Shown: positions 36,019-46,938, numbered from the stretch's first letter. The stretch is 59,509 bases of DNA from an uncultured Verrucomicrobiae bacterium (GCA_963828525.1 CAWHEP010000013.1:1-59509), one strand, 5' to 3'. Notes: generated by a model not told the origin, from the sequence alone. A program made the numbers and translations.

Positions 36019-36935
36019 AGTTCGCGGTAGTGGGAGCAGGCGCCGTAGGGTGCTACTACGGAGGCAAACTCGCGGCCGCCGCGGAGGATGTTCATTTCCT
36101 GATGCGCGCGGATCTTGCCCAAGTCCGATCCTCGGGTCTGAAGGTAATATCCGACGAGGAAGCTTTCCGTCTTGAGAAGGTAAATGTCCATGCGACGTCG
36201 GCTGAAATCGGACAGTGCGATGCCGTTTTGATCGCTCTCAAAACAACCTCGAACGAAGCGCTCGAGCAGTTGATTCCCCCGCTTCTGCATGAGCAAACAT
36301 GCCTGCTCACGCTTCAGAATGGTCTGGGCAATGAAGAATACCTCGCGGAACGCTTTGGGATTGAACGCGTTCTTGGCGGCCTCTGTTTTGTCTGTCTGAA
36401 CAGGCTTGAACCGGGAGTCATCCGTCATTTCGGGCATGGAACGCTTTCGATTGGTGAGTTTGGGAAGCCTTCCTCCGACCGCAGCCGTGAGATCGTCGCG
36501 CGTTTCAAGACAAGTGGCATTGCCTCTCGGGCGGTGGATGACCTCATCGGGGAACGGTGGCGAAAACTCGTCTGGAACATCCCGTTCAACGGCCTCGCGA
36601 TCGCGGCCGGAGGGGTCACAGTGGATCGAATCTTGAAGGACCCGGCCCTGCGCAATGAGGCCCGGGAATTGATGGGCGAGGTCATCGAAGCTGCGCATGG
36701 CGCTGGCCATTCCATACCCGCCAGCTTTATGGATGAGCAGATCGCCCGAAGCTATTCAATGGGGCCTTACCGCCCTTCCAGCCTTATTGACTATCAGGCC
36801 GGTCGCGCAGTAGAGGTGGAGTCCATCTGGGGCGAGCCGCTCCGGCGCGCCACATCGGCGGGAGTAGCTGTTCCGCGGATGCGCATCCTGCACACGCTAT
36901 TGCGGGAATTAACCCACAACAAGAAACAGGCCTGA
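36015..36935 (+). CDS. panE: 2-dehydropantoate 2-reductase
   Basis: GAGAVG, LQNGLGNEE, WRKLVWN and SSLID...EVE motifs. Confidence 0.92.
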   Translation: MKFAVVGAGAVGCYYGGKLAAAAEDVHFLMRADLAQVRSSGLKVISDEEAFRLEKVNVHATSAEIGQCDAVLIALKTTSNEALEQLIPPLLHEQTCLLTLQNGLGNEEYLAERFGIERVLGGLCFVCLNRLEPGVIRHFGHGTLSIGEFGKPSSDRSREIVARFKTSGIASRAVDDLIGERWRKLVWNIPFNGLAIAAGGVTVDRILKDPALRNEARELMGEVIEAAHGAGHSIPASFMDEQIARSYSMGPYRPSSLIDYQAGRAVEVESIWGEPLRRATSAGVAVPRMRILHTLLRELTHNKKQA

Positions 36936-36939
36936 AAGA

Positions 36940-37498
36940 TTATCGAGCGCGAGGCTCCCGATCTTTCGTCGTGGCAGTCGAAGGAACGGTCACAAACGGG
37001 CCACCCGCCAAGGGGGCCGCTTTGCTAAAGGCCACCTCTGGAACATCGCTGGGCTTCCCGCCCACAGGAAAATCCTTCCGCAAGGGATGATAAGGATAAC
37101 CATCCCACATCAGAATACGTCGCAGGTCTGGATGACCCGTAAACGTGATACCCATCATGTCGAATATCTCGCGCTCATGCCAGTCCGCGGTCGCCCACAC
37201 ATCGGTGACCGTCGGCGACGCTTAAATCATCTTCCGAGATCGTGAACTTCAACCGCAGATGCTCACCTCGTTCGAACGCATACAGTTCATAGACCGCCTC
37301 AAATCGCGGTTCCTCGCCGAAATTGTCCACGCTGCTGATATCGAGCAAAAAAGTAAACCCAAGCTGTTCCTTGCAGAACTTCGACAGGTCGTGAATGGCG
37401 GCGCGTTCGATAACCAGAGTTGTCTCTCCCCGGAACTCCTCTTTCTTTAGCACCTTGAACTTCGCTTCGATCTCGATGACGGCTTCCGTCAGGTTCAT
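36940..37498 (-). CDS. nuoC: NADH-quinone oxidoreductase subunit C; frameshifted
   Basis: [34 protein letters not shown] and HPLRKDFP motifs. Confidence 0.93.
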
Positions 37499-38022
37499 AG
37501 CGATAGTTCTTCCAAAAGTTCCCGCTTCTGCGCCAGGAACGATGGTTCAGTCTCGATCTTCCTCTGCAAGCGCATGAGACCTTCTATGAGAGCCTCGGGG
37601 CGCGGCGGACAGCCTGAGATATACACATCCACCGGAAGGAGCTGATCAATGCCCTGCAACACGGAATAGCTGCGATACATTCCCCCGCTGGAGGCGCACG
37701 CGCCCATCGCGATCACCCACTTTGGTTCAGGCATCTGGTCGTAAATACGCTTCACTGCCAGCGCCATCTTGTAAGTCACCGTTCCCGCCACGATCATCAC
37801 GTCCGACTGCCGCGGGGAAAATCGCATCACCTCGGCTCCGAACCTGGAAATATCGAAACGCGCCGACGCTGTCGCCATCAGCTCGATAGCGCAACACGCC
37901 AGCCCCATCGGCATTGGCCACAGCGAATTCTTCCGCATCCAGTTGATCGCGGAGTCGAGTTGCGTGAAAATTACGTTCCCCTCTATCTTCGAGTCGTATC
38001 CGACAGGGGTTGTCTCCAGCAT
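37495..38022 (-). CDS. nuoB: NADH-quinone oxidoreductase subunit B
   Basis: [19 protein letters not shown] and GCPPRPE motifs. Confidence 0.97.
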   Translation of the reverse strand: MLETTPVGYDSKIEGNVIFTQLDSAINWMRKNSLWPMPMGLACCAIELMATASARFDISRFGAEVMRFSPRQSDVMIVAGTVTYKMALAVKRIYDQMPEPKWVIAMGACASSGGMYRSYSVLQGIDQLLPVDVYISGCPPRPEALIEGLMRLQRKIETEPSFLAQKRELLEELSL

Positions 38023-38082
38023 GCCGCGAAGTTAAAACGGACGACGGAAGGCGGCAAGGGGAAAGTTCCGGGCGTGACCGGC

Positions 38083-40638
38083 CTATTTCCCCACTTCCAC
38101 GGTTTCCGAAACATCCTCGACCGACACAGTATGGATCCCTTCGGCCATGGGGACAGTCCAATGCAGCGTCTTTTCCGTGTCGCGCTCCAGCGTCACCTCG
38201 CTCCGTAATGCGGGATTGCCGTCCAATGTCAGCGTTGCTTTCCCGCTTCCTTTGATGCTGCCCGTATTGCGGACTACAACGCTTACTGAACATTGATGAG
38301 TGGGATCCACTGTGGCAACGAGGTTGCGATATTCAAAGACCGGGCCATACCAGCACTTACTGAGAACGGCGAACGTGTTGTTGCCGCCGCTGAAATGCCA
38401 GAGCCAGTTGTCCTTGATGATGGTTTGCCCAGGGAAGACCGAGCCGTTGGAGGCTGTGAAATCCTCGGGACTGCCCGTGGGAGCATTGCCGTACCAGTCG
38501 GGTAACCACGGGAGGTCGCTACGCCACAACACTTTAGTCGGATCGGCGCCGCTTAATACCCCTTCCACAAGAGTGCAAAGGCGATTCCCCACGATGCTGT
38601 GACTCACTCCTGCCTGGGCCTCGTAACGGATGTTGTGATCAGCATCGACGAACATATCTCCCGAACATTCATGGTAGTCACACCACCAGTCCGCGCGGCC
38701 TTCGAGATCGGCGACGCCTTCCTTGACGAGCGTATGGAGGTCTTGAGAGAGATAAATCGCTCCTTCCTCAACCATCGCGAGGTAAGGGTAGGTGACACCC
38801 TGGAATGAGACCCCTGGCCCAGCCGCTCCATCTCGCAAGTCAAGGAGCGCGCCAATCTTACCTCCAGCCTCAAGGCTCCAAGGCTCGCTCCAGTGAATCC
38901 AGTCGGGGCTCGACCTCATGACCTCATGCCGCTTCGGCAGGTGTGTCACGTATTCGAGGTAAACCTCCTGCTTGTCTTTCACCCAAAGAAAGTCAGGGTC
39001 TTCCTGAGAATCTTTTGGCCCCTGGCGCGGGATGATCGGATTGGACGCGCTTTTGGTCCAATGAATCCCATCCATACTCGTGGCAAGCCCCAGCTCACTG
39101 GACGCGTGACCATTTGGCGGAGCTGGCACGGCATTGCCTCTATAGACCATGTACCACTTGCCATCACGCGCCATGACAGCTGGATTCAAAGCTCCTTTTG
39201 CATCCCAGGAGCCAGCTTCCCCTGGACGCACGACAATCCTGTAGCTGTCAGGATCCCAATTATACACCTGTTTGTTCAGGCGGCGGAAGGTGACGCTGGC
39301 AAAACGGGTCTGACCATCCAGGCAAATCAAGAGGGGGTGATCAGGTGTTCGAAGATCACAGAGTTCACGAATGATGACCCTGGGCGAACCGTCCGAAGGA
39401 AGCAATGTTGCCATGACGCAGGTGGAGCGGCGGGAAAAGGCAAGCTTCACTTCATACGAAATGCCGGGGTGAAACGTAGCGGGTCGAGCTGCGATCTCCC
39501 AAACCATGGCTTCTCCTTCGGGGCGCTCGGCCCACCCTTTCACCTGGTAGCCTTTCGGAGTGACGTCAAAAATCGAGTACCCCTTCACCCGCCGCTCGAC
39601 GCGGAACTGGCCCCGCTTGCCATCGAGGATGGCGTAGAGCCGGGTTCCGTCCTCGGCCTGGAAGCCAACTCCACCGACAGCCTCACTATTAACGGGGGTG
39701 ATTCGGGCGGATATCTCTCCCTCTGCCTTGTCGAGGCGCACATCCTTCGCAAGCGCCGACGACACTCCGCTGGCGTTTAGACCTCCTCCTTGAGCATCCC
39801 TCCCAAATTTCATTCCAGTCAGTGACCATCCCGCGAGCTCGCCCGTGGAAAAATCGTCGTTGAACTCTCTAAAATGGTATGGGGGTGGAACCCCGACAAA
39901 AAACGAGAGGGTATTGGAATCCCAAGCCTTTCCCCCAGCTCCAAGCGCCACAATCTGCCAGCGGTGAAGTCCGGGAGGCACGTTGGAGCTTCGGCAGTTT
40001 GTCGTCGGCGCGTTCACCTCAGTGGTCATCACGCCATCCATCTTAACTCGATAATGCGTTGCCTCGGGCCATGCGTTCCAGCGCAGCAGGACATCGCTTC
40101 CGAACTCGCAAGCACCATTGGGAGAAAGGAGAGTGAAGCCTTTGATCGGCTCAAGAGAAAGGCTTCGCTGAGCAACATCGTAGCCCGAGGCGGCGGCATT
40201 CTTTCCAGTGACAAGGAAGCGGAAAGAATAGTTTCCGGGCTTCAGGAACGTCACGCAACCGACTGTCCTCGTGATTTCTGATCCGGCTGCGGGAGCATAG
40301 AGATCGAGCGGAGCGCCTACCGGGTCGCCATTCACGATGATCTGGCAGATACCTTCATCAGGGGCCCGAGGGCTTGTGACCGCAAGACGATAGGTTCCGG
40401 AGTTATCAATCTGAATGAAGAATTCGCACCACGCTCCGGACTTTTCGGCCTTTAGGACGCTGAACGCGCCTCCCTCTTTCGTTTCTTCGCGCAGGAGTTG
40501 ATTGGGAGGAAATGAATTGAAGGGAAGTTCTGCGCATGTGAATGCCGAATCGCCAGATGTCATCCCTGAGCTGGCGAAACAGAGAGGCACAAGCAGACAG
40601 AAAAGGGCTGATGGAACGAGTTTTCCCATGGGACTCAT
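38083..40638 (-). CDS. Secreted multidomain glycosidase-like protein (beta-sandwich modules, a GH130/GH43/GH32-like five-blade propeller and a CARDB-like C-terminus)
   Basis: Signal peptide, WDAKGALNPAV...YMVYRG, LGLATSMDGIHWTK..NPII and QEDP motifs. Confidence 0.7.
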   Translation of the reverse strand: MSPMGKLVPSALFCLLVPLCFASSGMTSGDSAFTCAELPFNSFPPNQLLREETKEGGAFSVLKAEKSGAWCEFFIQIDNSGTYRLAVTSPRAPDEGICQIIVNGDPVGAPLDLYAPAAGSEITRTVGCVTFLKPGNYSFRFLVTGKNAAASGYDVAQRSLSLEPIKGFTLLSPNGACEFGSDVLLRWNAWPEATHYRVKMDGVMTTEVNAPTTNCRSSNVPPGLHRWQIVALGAGGKAWDSNTLSFFVGVPPPYHFREFNDDFSTGELAGWSLTGMKFGRDAQGGGLNASGVSSALAKDVRLDKAEGEISARITPVNSEAVGGVGFQAEDGTRLYAILDGKRGQFRVERRVKGYSIFDVTPKGYQVKGWAERPEGEAMVWEIAARPATFHPGISYEVKLAFSRRSTCVMATLLPSDGSPRVIIRELCDLRTPDHPLLICLDGQTRFASVTFRRLNKQVYNWDPDSYRIVVRPGEAGSWDAKGALNPAVMARDGKWYMVYRGNAVPAPPNGHASSELGLATSMDGIHWTKSASNPIIPRQGPKDSQEDPDFLWVKDKQEVYLEYVTHLPKRHEVMRSSPDWIHWSEPWSLEAGGKIGALLDLRDGAAGPGVSFQGVTYPYLAMVEEGAIYLSQDLHTLVKEGVADLEGRADWWCDYHECSGDMFVDADHNIRYEAQAGVSHSIVGNRLCTLVEGVLSGADPTKVLWRSDLPWLPDWYGNAPTGSPEDFTASNGSVFPGQTIIKDNWLWHFSGGNNTFAVLSKCWYGPVFEYRNLVATVDPTHQCSVSVVVRNTGSIKGSGKATLTLDGNPALRSEVTLERDTEKTLHWTVPMAEGIHTVSVEDVSETVEVGK

Positions 40639-40750
40639 TGTTGTTCCTGTAAGGGGAAATGGGGTAATTGCGTCACCCGCCCATGCCCTGGCGGCGCGAT
40701 AGTGATTTTAAAGCGCTCGAAAAACTGGGCTCTTTGTCTCCGCGCGAATA

Positions 40751-42208
40751 CTAATGCGCGATCGCTGCGAAGTTCGCCGAGTCGCCTTCAATCTCAACAA
40801 CGACCACCGTCGCCATAACGTTCAGCGAGTAGTGCGTCAGCCCCACGCTCCGCCTTCCACTGGCGTCGGTGGTCACTGTGAGCGGTGTTGCAGGGTCGCT
40901 TAGCAGGAAGACCTTCTTGATCTTATTTTCAAAGGCGGGGAGCTTGAACGATTCACCCGGCCAGTGAAACAGGGTGAAATACAGCTTGCCGGGCTTGGCC
41001 GTGCAGCGCCAATCCGTGAACGGCAGCGAGACAGACCTTCCGCTGGCATCTTGCAGTTTCCGTCCGAAGCCTCCAAAACCTTCGTGGAAGGGGGACATGG
41101 TTGCGCCATAAACAGCGTCGCCGTTTACTTTGAGCCAAATGCCAGCGGCGAGCAGGTTCTCCTTCGCCACTATGGGGATCGCGCCGCGCGCTGTTGGGCC
41201 GACATCAAGGAGGTAGTTGCCGCCTTTGCTGACAATGTCGAGCAGATTAAAGAGGACCTGGCTTGGAGATTTGTAGTCGCTGTCGTTTTGGTCAAAGCCC
41301 CAGTTGTGATTCAACTCGCCGGGGGTTTCCCAGTCGCCAGCGACATTGGCGTTGGGGATGCCGTTGTCTCCCATGGTCGAGTAATCGCCGGGGATGCCAA
41401 GGCGTCCGTCGATCAGGCATGACGGCTGAGTTGAGTGGACAACGTCAGCGATACGCTGAGCGCGCTGAGGCGTGATCAGGGCGGGGGTATCAAAGAAGAT
41501 TTCGGCGATGGGACCGTAATTTGTGAGGAGTTCCTTGATCTGCGGCTCAACCTTTGTTTGCAGATAGTGATCATAGGAGCCGTCCCTATCCTTCGCGTCG
41601 TTATCTTCAAAGTCCCACGTATTGCCGAAACCGCCCGGTTCGTGCCAGTCAACCGCTTGGGAATAATACAGGCCGAGCTTGATACCCTGCCGCGCGCACG
41701 CTTCGGCCAGTTCCTTTAGTGGGTCGCGGTGGAATGGAGTTGCGTCGTAGATGTTATATGGCGTGACCTGCGAGTGATACATGGCAAAGCCGTCGCCATG
41801 TTTTGCTGTAAAGACGATGTATTTCATTCCCGCGTCCTTCACCATCCGCACCCATTCGTCGGCGTTGAAGTCGACCGGATTGAACTGCCTGGCGAGCTGT
41901 TCGTAATCCTTCACCGGAACCTTGGCGTGGGCCATCACCCATTCGCTGCTGATGCGGATCTGCTTGCCGTTCCAAACTCCAGCGGGAATGGCGTAGAGGC
42001 CCCAGTGAATAAAAAATCCATATTTCGCTTCCCGAAACCAGGCGATCTTCCGCTCGTGTTCGGGCGAGTCCGGGACTTTGGAAACGATGGTCTGCATGAC
42101 TTCCGGCGGTGTCTGGCCGTGGGTCTCTCGCATTGAGCCACCGGCGATTATGGCTGAGATCGCGACGACACGGGATGCGGCAGACAGCCGCGCTTTCTTT
42201 GTTCTCAT
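40751..42208 (-). CDS. Alpha-L-fucosidase (GH29)
   Basis: WFREAKYGFFIHWG, TAKHGDGF, FFD nucleophile region and SKGGNYLLDVGP motifs. Confidence 0.93.
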   Translation of the reverse strand: MRTKKARLSAASRVVAISAIIAGGSMRETHGQTPPEVMQTIVSKVPDSPEHERKIAWFREAKYGFFIHWGLYAIPAGVWNGKQIRISSEWVMAHAKVPVKDYEQLARQFNPVDFNADEWVRMVKDAGMKYIVFTAKHGDGFAMYHSQVTPYNIYDATPFHRDPLKELAEACARQGIKLGLYYSQAVDWHEPGGFGNTWDFEDNDAKDRDGSYDHYLQTKVEPQIKELLTNYGPIAEIFFDTPALITPQRAQRIADVVHSTQPSCLIDGRLGIPGDYSTMGDNGIPNANVAGDWETPGELNHNWGFDQNDSDYKSPSQVLFNLLDIVSKGGNYLLDVGPTARGAIPIVAKENLLAAGIWLKVNGDAVYGATMSPFHEGFGGFGRKLQDASGRSVSLPFTDWRCTAKPGKLYFTLFHWPGESFKLPAFENKIKKVFLLSDPATPLTVTTDASGRRSVGLTHYSLNVMATVVVVEIEGDSANFAAIAH

Positions 42209-42442
42209 ATCTTTAGACTACCTCGGGGGCGGCGCGTTCTGTTCCTGGAGTGACCCCTTCATCGAGACGGGGAATTGACGAGAATCGCCGCTTAGTGTGG
42301 CGGCATCGTCTCAACTTTCCTCAGGGACGGCAAGTTTCATTTGGCGGGATGCCCGCCGCCATGGATAGGCGTTGCGCGGGCCCGGCCGTTGCCAGGTGAG
42401 GTTGGTAACAACTACTCGCCGTCAGCGAGTTTCCCTGACCAC

Positions 42443-42460
42443 GTCTGCAATACCGCAGAC
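42443..42460 (-). terminator. Hairpin immediately after the ppk2 stop codon
   Basis: GTCTGC-AATACC-GCAGAC; no clear U tract. Confidence 0.3.
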
Positions 42461-42463
42461 CCT

Positions 42464-43573
42464 TTAGGCTCTTCCCCGGCGCGCTTCGCCCGCGTCGCCG
42501 TGATCGTAAATGGCCTTTGCGGATCCTATCACCCGCGGATCAGGCGGGGCTACTGTGTTGTTGTCCTTACCAGCGTAGGGAATCGTGTGCAGAATGTGCC
42601 GCATCGCATTGAGACGCGCGCGGTTCTTGTCGTCGGAACGTACTATGGTCCATGGCGCGTCAGCGGTATCCGTGTAGAACAGCATGGCCTCCTTGGCCTT
42701 TGTATAAGCCTCCCAGCGTCCCAGCGACTCGACGTCCATGGGACTGAGCTTCCATTGCTTGAGTGGATCGCTTGCCCTCCCAAGGAACCGCCGGAGCTGC
42801 TCCTCGCGGCTCACGGAGAACCAGAATTTGAAAAGTTTGATATCGCTGCGAACGAGCATTCGCTCGAACTCCGGCGCCTGGCGCATAAACTCCAGGTACT
42901 CATGCGGAGTGCAAAAACCCATGACATGCTCGACGCCGGCCCGGTTATACCAGGAGCGGTCGAAGAAAACGATCTCCCCCTTTGTCGGCAACTGCTCAGT
43001 GTACCGCTGGAAATACCATTGCCCCCGCTCGCTTTCAGAAGGCTTGGTCAGCGCCACGACGCGCGCGCCACGCGGATTAAGGTTCTCGGTGAAACGCTTG
43101 ATCGTTCCTCCCTTCCCAGCGGCATCGCGGCCTTCGAATAACAACACGATCCTCTCGCCACTTTCCTTGACCCACGCCTGCATCTTTACCAATTCGATCT
43201 CGAGCAACTCAACTTCCGCTTCGTAGTCCTGCGTCTTCATTCGCTTGGGGTACGGATAGGTAGAGCCAATTATCTTCTTCTTCTTGCTCTGGGCCGCATT
43301 CACCCGCTCGACAAGGTCAGGCGGGATGCTTGTCCTCACCTGTTCGGCGATCAGTTCCACCATTGGGAACGCGCCAGCCAAAGCCTTCGTTTTAGACCAT
43401 CGACCCTTGCGCTCCTCTTTCAGACGCTTCTTCTCAGCTTTTCTTTCCTCTTTTGATTGCTTCGGCGCCGCCTCATCCACGAGAGGTGATGCGGCGCCGT
43501 TGGCGTGATCCGGTATTTCCTCCCGGAGAGTCTCAACATTTCCTTCAACTTCCTGCGTAATTGTGTCTGACAT
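42464..43573 (-). CDS. ppk2: Polyphosphate kinase 2 (class I-like, with an N-terminal extension)
   Basis: FEGRDAAGKGG, FDRSWYNRAGVE and KQWKLSPMD motifs. Confidence 0.96.
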   Translation of the reverse strand: MSDTITQEVEGNVETLREEIPDHANGAASPLVDEAAPKQSKEERKAEKKRLKEERKGRWSKTKALAGAFPMVELIAEQVRTSIPPDLVERVNAAQSKKKKIIGSTYPYPKRMKTQDYEAEVELLEIELVKMQAWVKESGERIVLLFEGRDAAGKGGTIKRFTENLNPRGARVVALTKPSESERGQWYFQRYTEQLPTKGEIVFFDRSWYNRAGVEHVMGFCTPHEYLEFMRQAPEFERMLVRSDIKLFKFWFSVSREEQLRRFLGRASDPLKQWKLSPMDVESLGRWEAYTKAKEAMLFYTDTADAPWTIVRSDDKNRARLNAMRHILHTIPYAGKDNNTVAPPDPRVIGSAKAIYDHGDAGEARRGRA

Positions 43574-43785
43574 GGTAAAATATCGCCAAAGAGCCCTTTT
43601 GTAGACGCTAGTTGGAGGCATTGTGGCTCCATAAAGCACCCGTTTCCCTGCTTCGCGCATTGAAGCAGATCTTAGACCAGACATCTCCGCTGTTGCGCGC
43701 GGAGCGAGACCGCTGTCCCGGTACGTTGAGCAGCGCCCGAGCGGAATGCTGGAAAAGAGCCAATCCTCTGGTAAGCTCACGCCCA

Positions 43786-44592
43786 ATGGCCGACAAACCC
43801 CTGAAGCTGAAAATCGCGGATCGCGAATTCACCTCGCGACTGCTGTTAGGAACCGGCAAATTCTCCTCGAATGAAGAAATGGCTTCCGCGATGGAAGCCA
43901 GCGGAACAGAGATCGTGACCGTCGCCTTGCGCCGGGCTGACATTTCGGGACGGGGCGACGCGTTCGCGAACATCCTCGACTTCGTGGACCAGGGGAAATA
44001 CCTGCTTCTGCCAAATACGAGCGGCGCTAATACAGCGGAGGAGGCTGTGCGTCTGGCTCGGCTCGCGGCAGCCGCCGGGTTGCCGCGTTGGGTAAAACTC
44101 GAGATCCATCCTGATCCGCGCTACCTGCTGCCAGACCCGATCGAAACGCTAAAGGCGGCGGAGATTTTGGTAAAAGATGGGTTTGTTGTGCTTCCCTACA
44201 TTAACGCCGATCCGGTTCTGGCAAAGCGTCTGCAGGATGTCGGGACCGCCACCGTGATGCCGCTTGGTTCTCCGATAGGGAGCAATCGCGGAATCGAGAC
44301 ACGGGCGCAGATCGAGATCATCATCGACCAAGCCACTGTGCCAGTCATCGTTGACGCGGGTTTGGGAGCGCCCAGCCAGGCGGCCGAGGCTCTGGAGATG
44401 GGCGCGGCAGCAGTTCTCATCAACACAGCGATCGCGATCGCCGCAGATTCAGCGCGGATGGCGATGGCTTTCCGGAAAGCCGTTGAAGCTGGCCGGGAAG
44501 CCTTCGAAATCGGTCTCGCGTCGCGGACTTCCCACGCCTCAGCCACCAGCCCGCTCACGGGCTTCCTTCGGGCTGATTTCGGAAGAGAATAG
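43786..44592 (+). CDS. thiG: Thiazole synthase
   Basis: [29 protein letters not shown] and VDAGLG motifs. Confidence 0.97.
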   Translation: MADKPLKLKIADREFTSRLLLGTGKFSSNEEMASAMEASGTEIVTVALRRADISGRGDAFANILDFVDQGKYLLLPNTSGANTAEEAVRLARLAAAAGLPRWVKLEIHPDPRYLLPDPIETLKAAEILVKDGFVVLPYINADPVLAKRLQDVGTATVMPLGSPIGSNRGIETRAQIEIIIDQATVPVIVDAGLGAPSQAAEALEMGAAAVLINTAIAIAADSARMAMAFRKAVEAGREAFEIGLASRTSHASATSPLTGFLRADFGRE

Positions 44593-44598
44593 GACGAC

Positions 44599-45390
44599 TT
44601 GGGGGGACTTCTAGAGGTTCGTGCATTGAGGACGTGGTTCCCGGTAAATGGAGGGTTCCCGCGGCGGAGGATCGACTGGATAAAAGCGGTCGATGATGTG
44701 AGCTTTACCGTGCCGGCCGGTAGTACCATGGGACTCGTAGGCGAGAGCGGAAGCGGCAAGACCACAATCGGCCGTACAATCCTGAAGCTGGCCGCGGCGA
44801 CGAGCGGCGAAGTGTTTTTCGACAATCGGGAAATCCTCGCCATGAACGAGGGTGAGTTCCGCCCGGTTAGGAAAGAGATTCAGATGGTTTTTCAAGATCC
44901 ATTCGGATCGTTGAACCCCAGAATGAACATCCGGGACGCCGTGTCCGAACCACTCACAATCCACTTCCCCGAAAAACGCGCGGGTGACCGGGAAAGCCGG
45001 GTCGCGGAGTTGCTGCTACAAGTGGGTTTGAAACCTGAGATGATGAACCGCTATCCGCATGAGTTCAGCGGTGGGCAGCGTCAGCGGATCGGGATAGCCC
45101 GGGCGCTGGCAGTAAAGCCCCGGTTTATCGTCTGCGACGAGCCCGTAAGCGCTCTGGACGTCAGCGCGCAGGCGCAGATCGTCAATCTTCTCCAGGACCT
45201 GCAAGCGGAACTGGGTCTCACCTATCTTTTCATCGCTCACGATCTGGCGGTCGTGGAGCACATCAGCGACCATGTGCTGGTGATGTATCGGGGCCGGATC
45301 GTGGAATCCGCTCCCGCTGCGGCCATCTACGGCAATCCCCAGCACGAATACACGAAGAAACTTCTTGCGGCGGCGAGCGCAGGCGTTTGA
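44599..45390 (+). CDS. Peptide ABC transporter ATP-binding protein (OppF/DppF-like)
   Basis: [17 protein letters not shown] and CDEPVSALD motifs. Confidence 0.92.
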   Translation: MGGLLEVRALRTWFPVNGGFPRRRIDWIKAVDDVSFTVPAGSTMGLVGESGSGKTTIGRTILKLAAATSGEVFFDNREILAMNEGEFRPVRKEIQMVFQDPFGSLNPRMNIRDAVSEPLTIHFPEKRAGDRESRVAELLLQVGLKPEMMNRYPHEFSGGQRQRIGIARALAVKPRFIVCDEPVSALDVSAQAQIVNLLQDLQAELGLTYLFIAHDLAVVEHISDHVLVMYRGRIVESAPAAAIYGNPQHEYTKKLLAAASAGV

Positions 45391-45406
45391 ATTCTTCCCC
45401 ATCTAG

Positions 45407-46516
45407 ATGACTCCCTTTCTGAGAAAGTTTTTCGGCATCAACTGGCTTCTTTTCGTGCTCATGCTTGGTCTCGCCGTGTTCGGGGTGGTAGCCATCTACA
45501 GCGTCACTTACATGCGGGATGACATGGTTTCCGCGTTCTGGAGCAAGCAAGCCACCTGGGTAGCGGTGGGCACTGTCACGTTCTTTATTGTCAGCCTTAC
45601 CGATTACAGATGGATCAAATGGGGGGCGCTTCCGATGTATCTGGCCGGGCTTGTCTTTCTGATACTGACCCGCTTTATCGGCTCGAAGGTGTATGGAGCC
45701 AAGAGCTGGCTGCACGTCGGCCCTATCAATTTCCAGCCGGCTCAACTTGCCGTCGTTTCCGGGATCATGGTTCTCGCCCTTATCCTCAGCCAATTCCGGA
45801 ACCTTGCCCCCATGATCCGGCTCCTCTTATGCGGAGTCATCGTGGGCGCGCCGTGCCTGCTGATTCTCCTGCAGCCGGACCTCGGCGAAGTTATCATCTG
45901 GGTACCTATCGTCTTCGCGATGCTCTACATCGGCGGGATGCCGTTGCGATACCTGGTTTCGATCATGCTGCTCGGTGTCAGTTTCATGCCAATCGTAGTG
46001 TTTTTCGTCCTGAAGCGATATCAGAAGCAAAGAATTACCGCTTTCCTGGATCCGGACATTGATCCGCAAGGCGCCGCATGGGCGATCAACCAGTCGATGA
46101 TTGCGATAGGATCCGGGGGCTGGGCCGGCAAGGGCTTCAAGGCTCCCAATACGCAGGTCGAGCTGGGCTTCCTTCCTTCCACCGCTGTACACAATGATTA
46201 CATCTTCGCCGGGATCGCAGAGCAGTGGGGGTTCCTTGGGGGACTCGCGCTGCTCACCGCCTTCGCGCTTATGCTTCTTACCTGCCTCTATATCGCTTTC
46301 AATTCCTCGGACGATCTTGGCCTTCTGATGACGGTGGGGGTCACGGCTTTGATTTTCACCCACCTATTCCAGAACGTGGGCATGACAATGGCCCTGCTAC
46401 CAATTACTGGTGTGCCGTTGCCCCTAGTAAGCTACTCCGGCTCGTTTGTGCTAGTGATCATGTTCGGTCTAGGGATCATCAATAGTGTGTGGGTACACAG
46501 AAAGATGTTGCTCTAA
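45407..46516 (+). CDS. rodA: SEDS-family rod-shape-determining protein RodA
   Basis: About 10 TM helices; GAKSW, LQPDLG, IAIGSGG and ITGVPLPLVSYSGS motifs. Confidence 0.9.
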   Translation: MTPFLRKFFGINWLLFVLMLGLAVFGVVAIYSVTYMRDDMVSAFWSKQATWVAVGTVTFFIVSLTDYRWIKWGALPMYLAGLVFLILTRFIGSKVYGAKSWLHVGPINFQPAQLAVVSGIMVLALILSQFRNLAPMIRLLLCGVIVGAPCLLILLQPDLGEVIIWVPIVFAMLYIGGMPLRYLVSIMLLGVSFMPIVVFFVLKRYQKQRITAFLDPDIDPQGAAWAINQSMIAIGSGGWAGKGFKAPNTQVELGFLPSTAVHNDYIFAGIAEQWGFLGGLALLTAFALMLLTCLYIAFNSSDDLGLLMTVGVTALIFTHLFQNVGMTMALLPITGVPLPLVSYSGSFVLVIMFGLGIINSVWVHRKMLL

Positions 46517-46542
46517 AGTGCCTCGATGCCTAGATTCGCGCT

Positions 46543-46887
46543 GTGAAAGTTAAAGCCTGCCGCGTGGTCCTCCTCTCCTTTGTGAGTATGACCTTTGCGC
46601 ATGCCCAGCCCGCAGTGAGCCCCACGAGACTGGCGGCAGACTCAGTCATTGCCTCACGAGCTGCTTCTTACGGACGTCTCGGAACCCGCCTTCTTAATCC
46701 CACTGCTTGTCCCTTGGCTCCTACCACGGACGGCCTCATCAATCCTTTTAGCAGGCCCCTTATCGCCCGATCTTCGGGCAGTTTGATCCAGCCCTCGTTT
46801 TCGGGGCTGGTTCCCACCACCGGATCGACCATTGATCCTTTCGCGCAGAGGCTTGTGCCAAAATGCGCCGCCGGTATAGCCCCTTGA
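46543..46887 (+). CDS. Small secreted hypothetical protein with about 15-aa internal repeats
   Basis: Signal peptide ending FAHA and four L(I)xP...LxP units. Confidence 0.55.
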   Translation: MKVKACRVVLLSFVSMTFAHAQPAVSPTRLAADSVIASRAASYGRLGTRLLNPTACPLAPTTDGLINPFSRPLIARSSGSLIQPSFSGLVPTTGSTIDPFAQRLVPKCAAGIAP

Positions 46888-46924
46888 CCAGCCGGTTCAG
46901 CGACAGGCGCGACTCGTCGCGCAT

Positions 46925-46938
46925 TCCGCCATGGCGGA
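46925..46938. repeat. Perfect 14-bp palindrome (REP-like)
   Basis: TCCGCCATGGCGGA in an intergenic region. Confidence 0.4.

Noticed and set aside
42268..42325. Hairpin upstream of the fucosidase as a possible ncRNA
   Set aside because: The stem is imperfect in GC-rich DNA, and I recognise no riboswitch motif.
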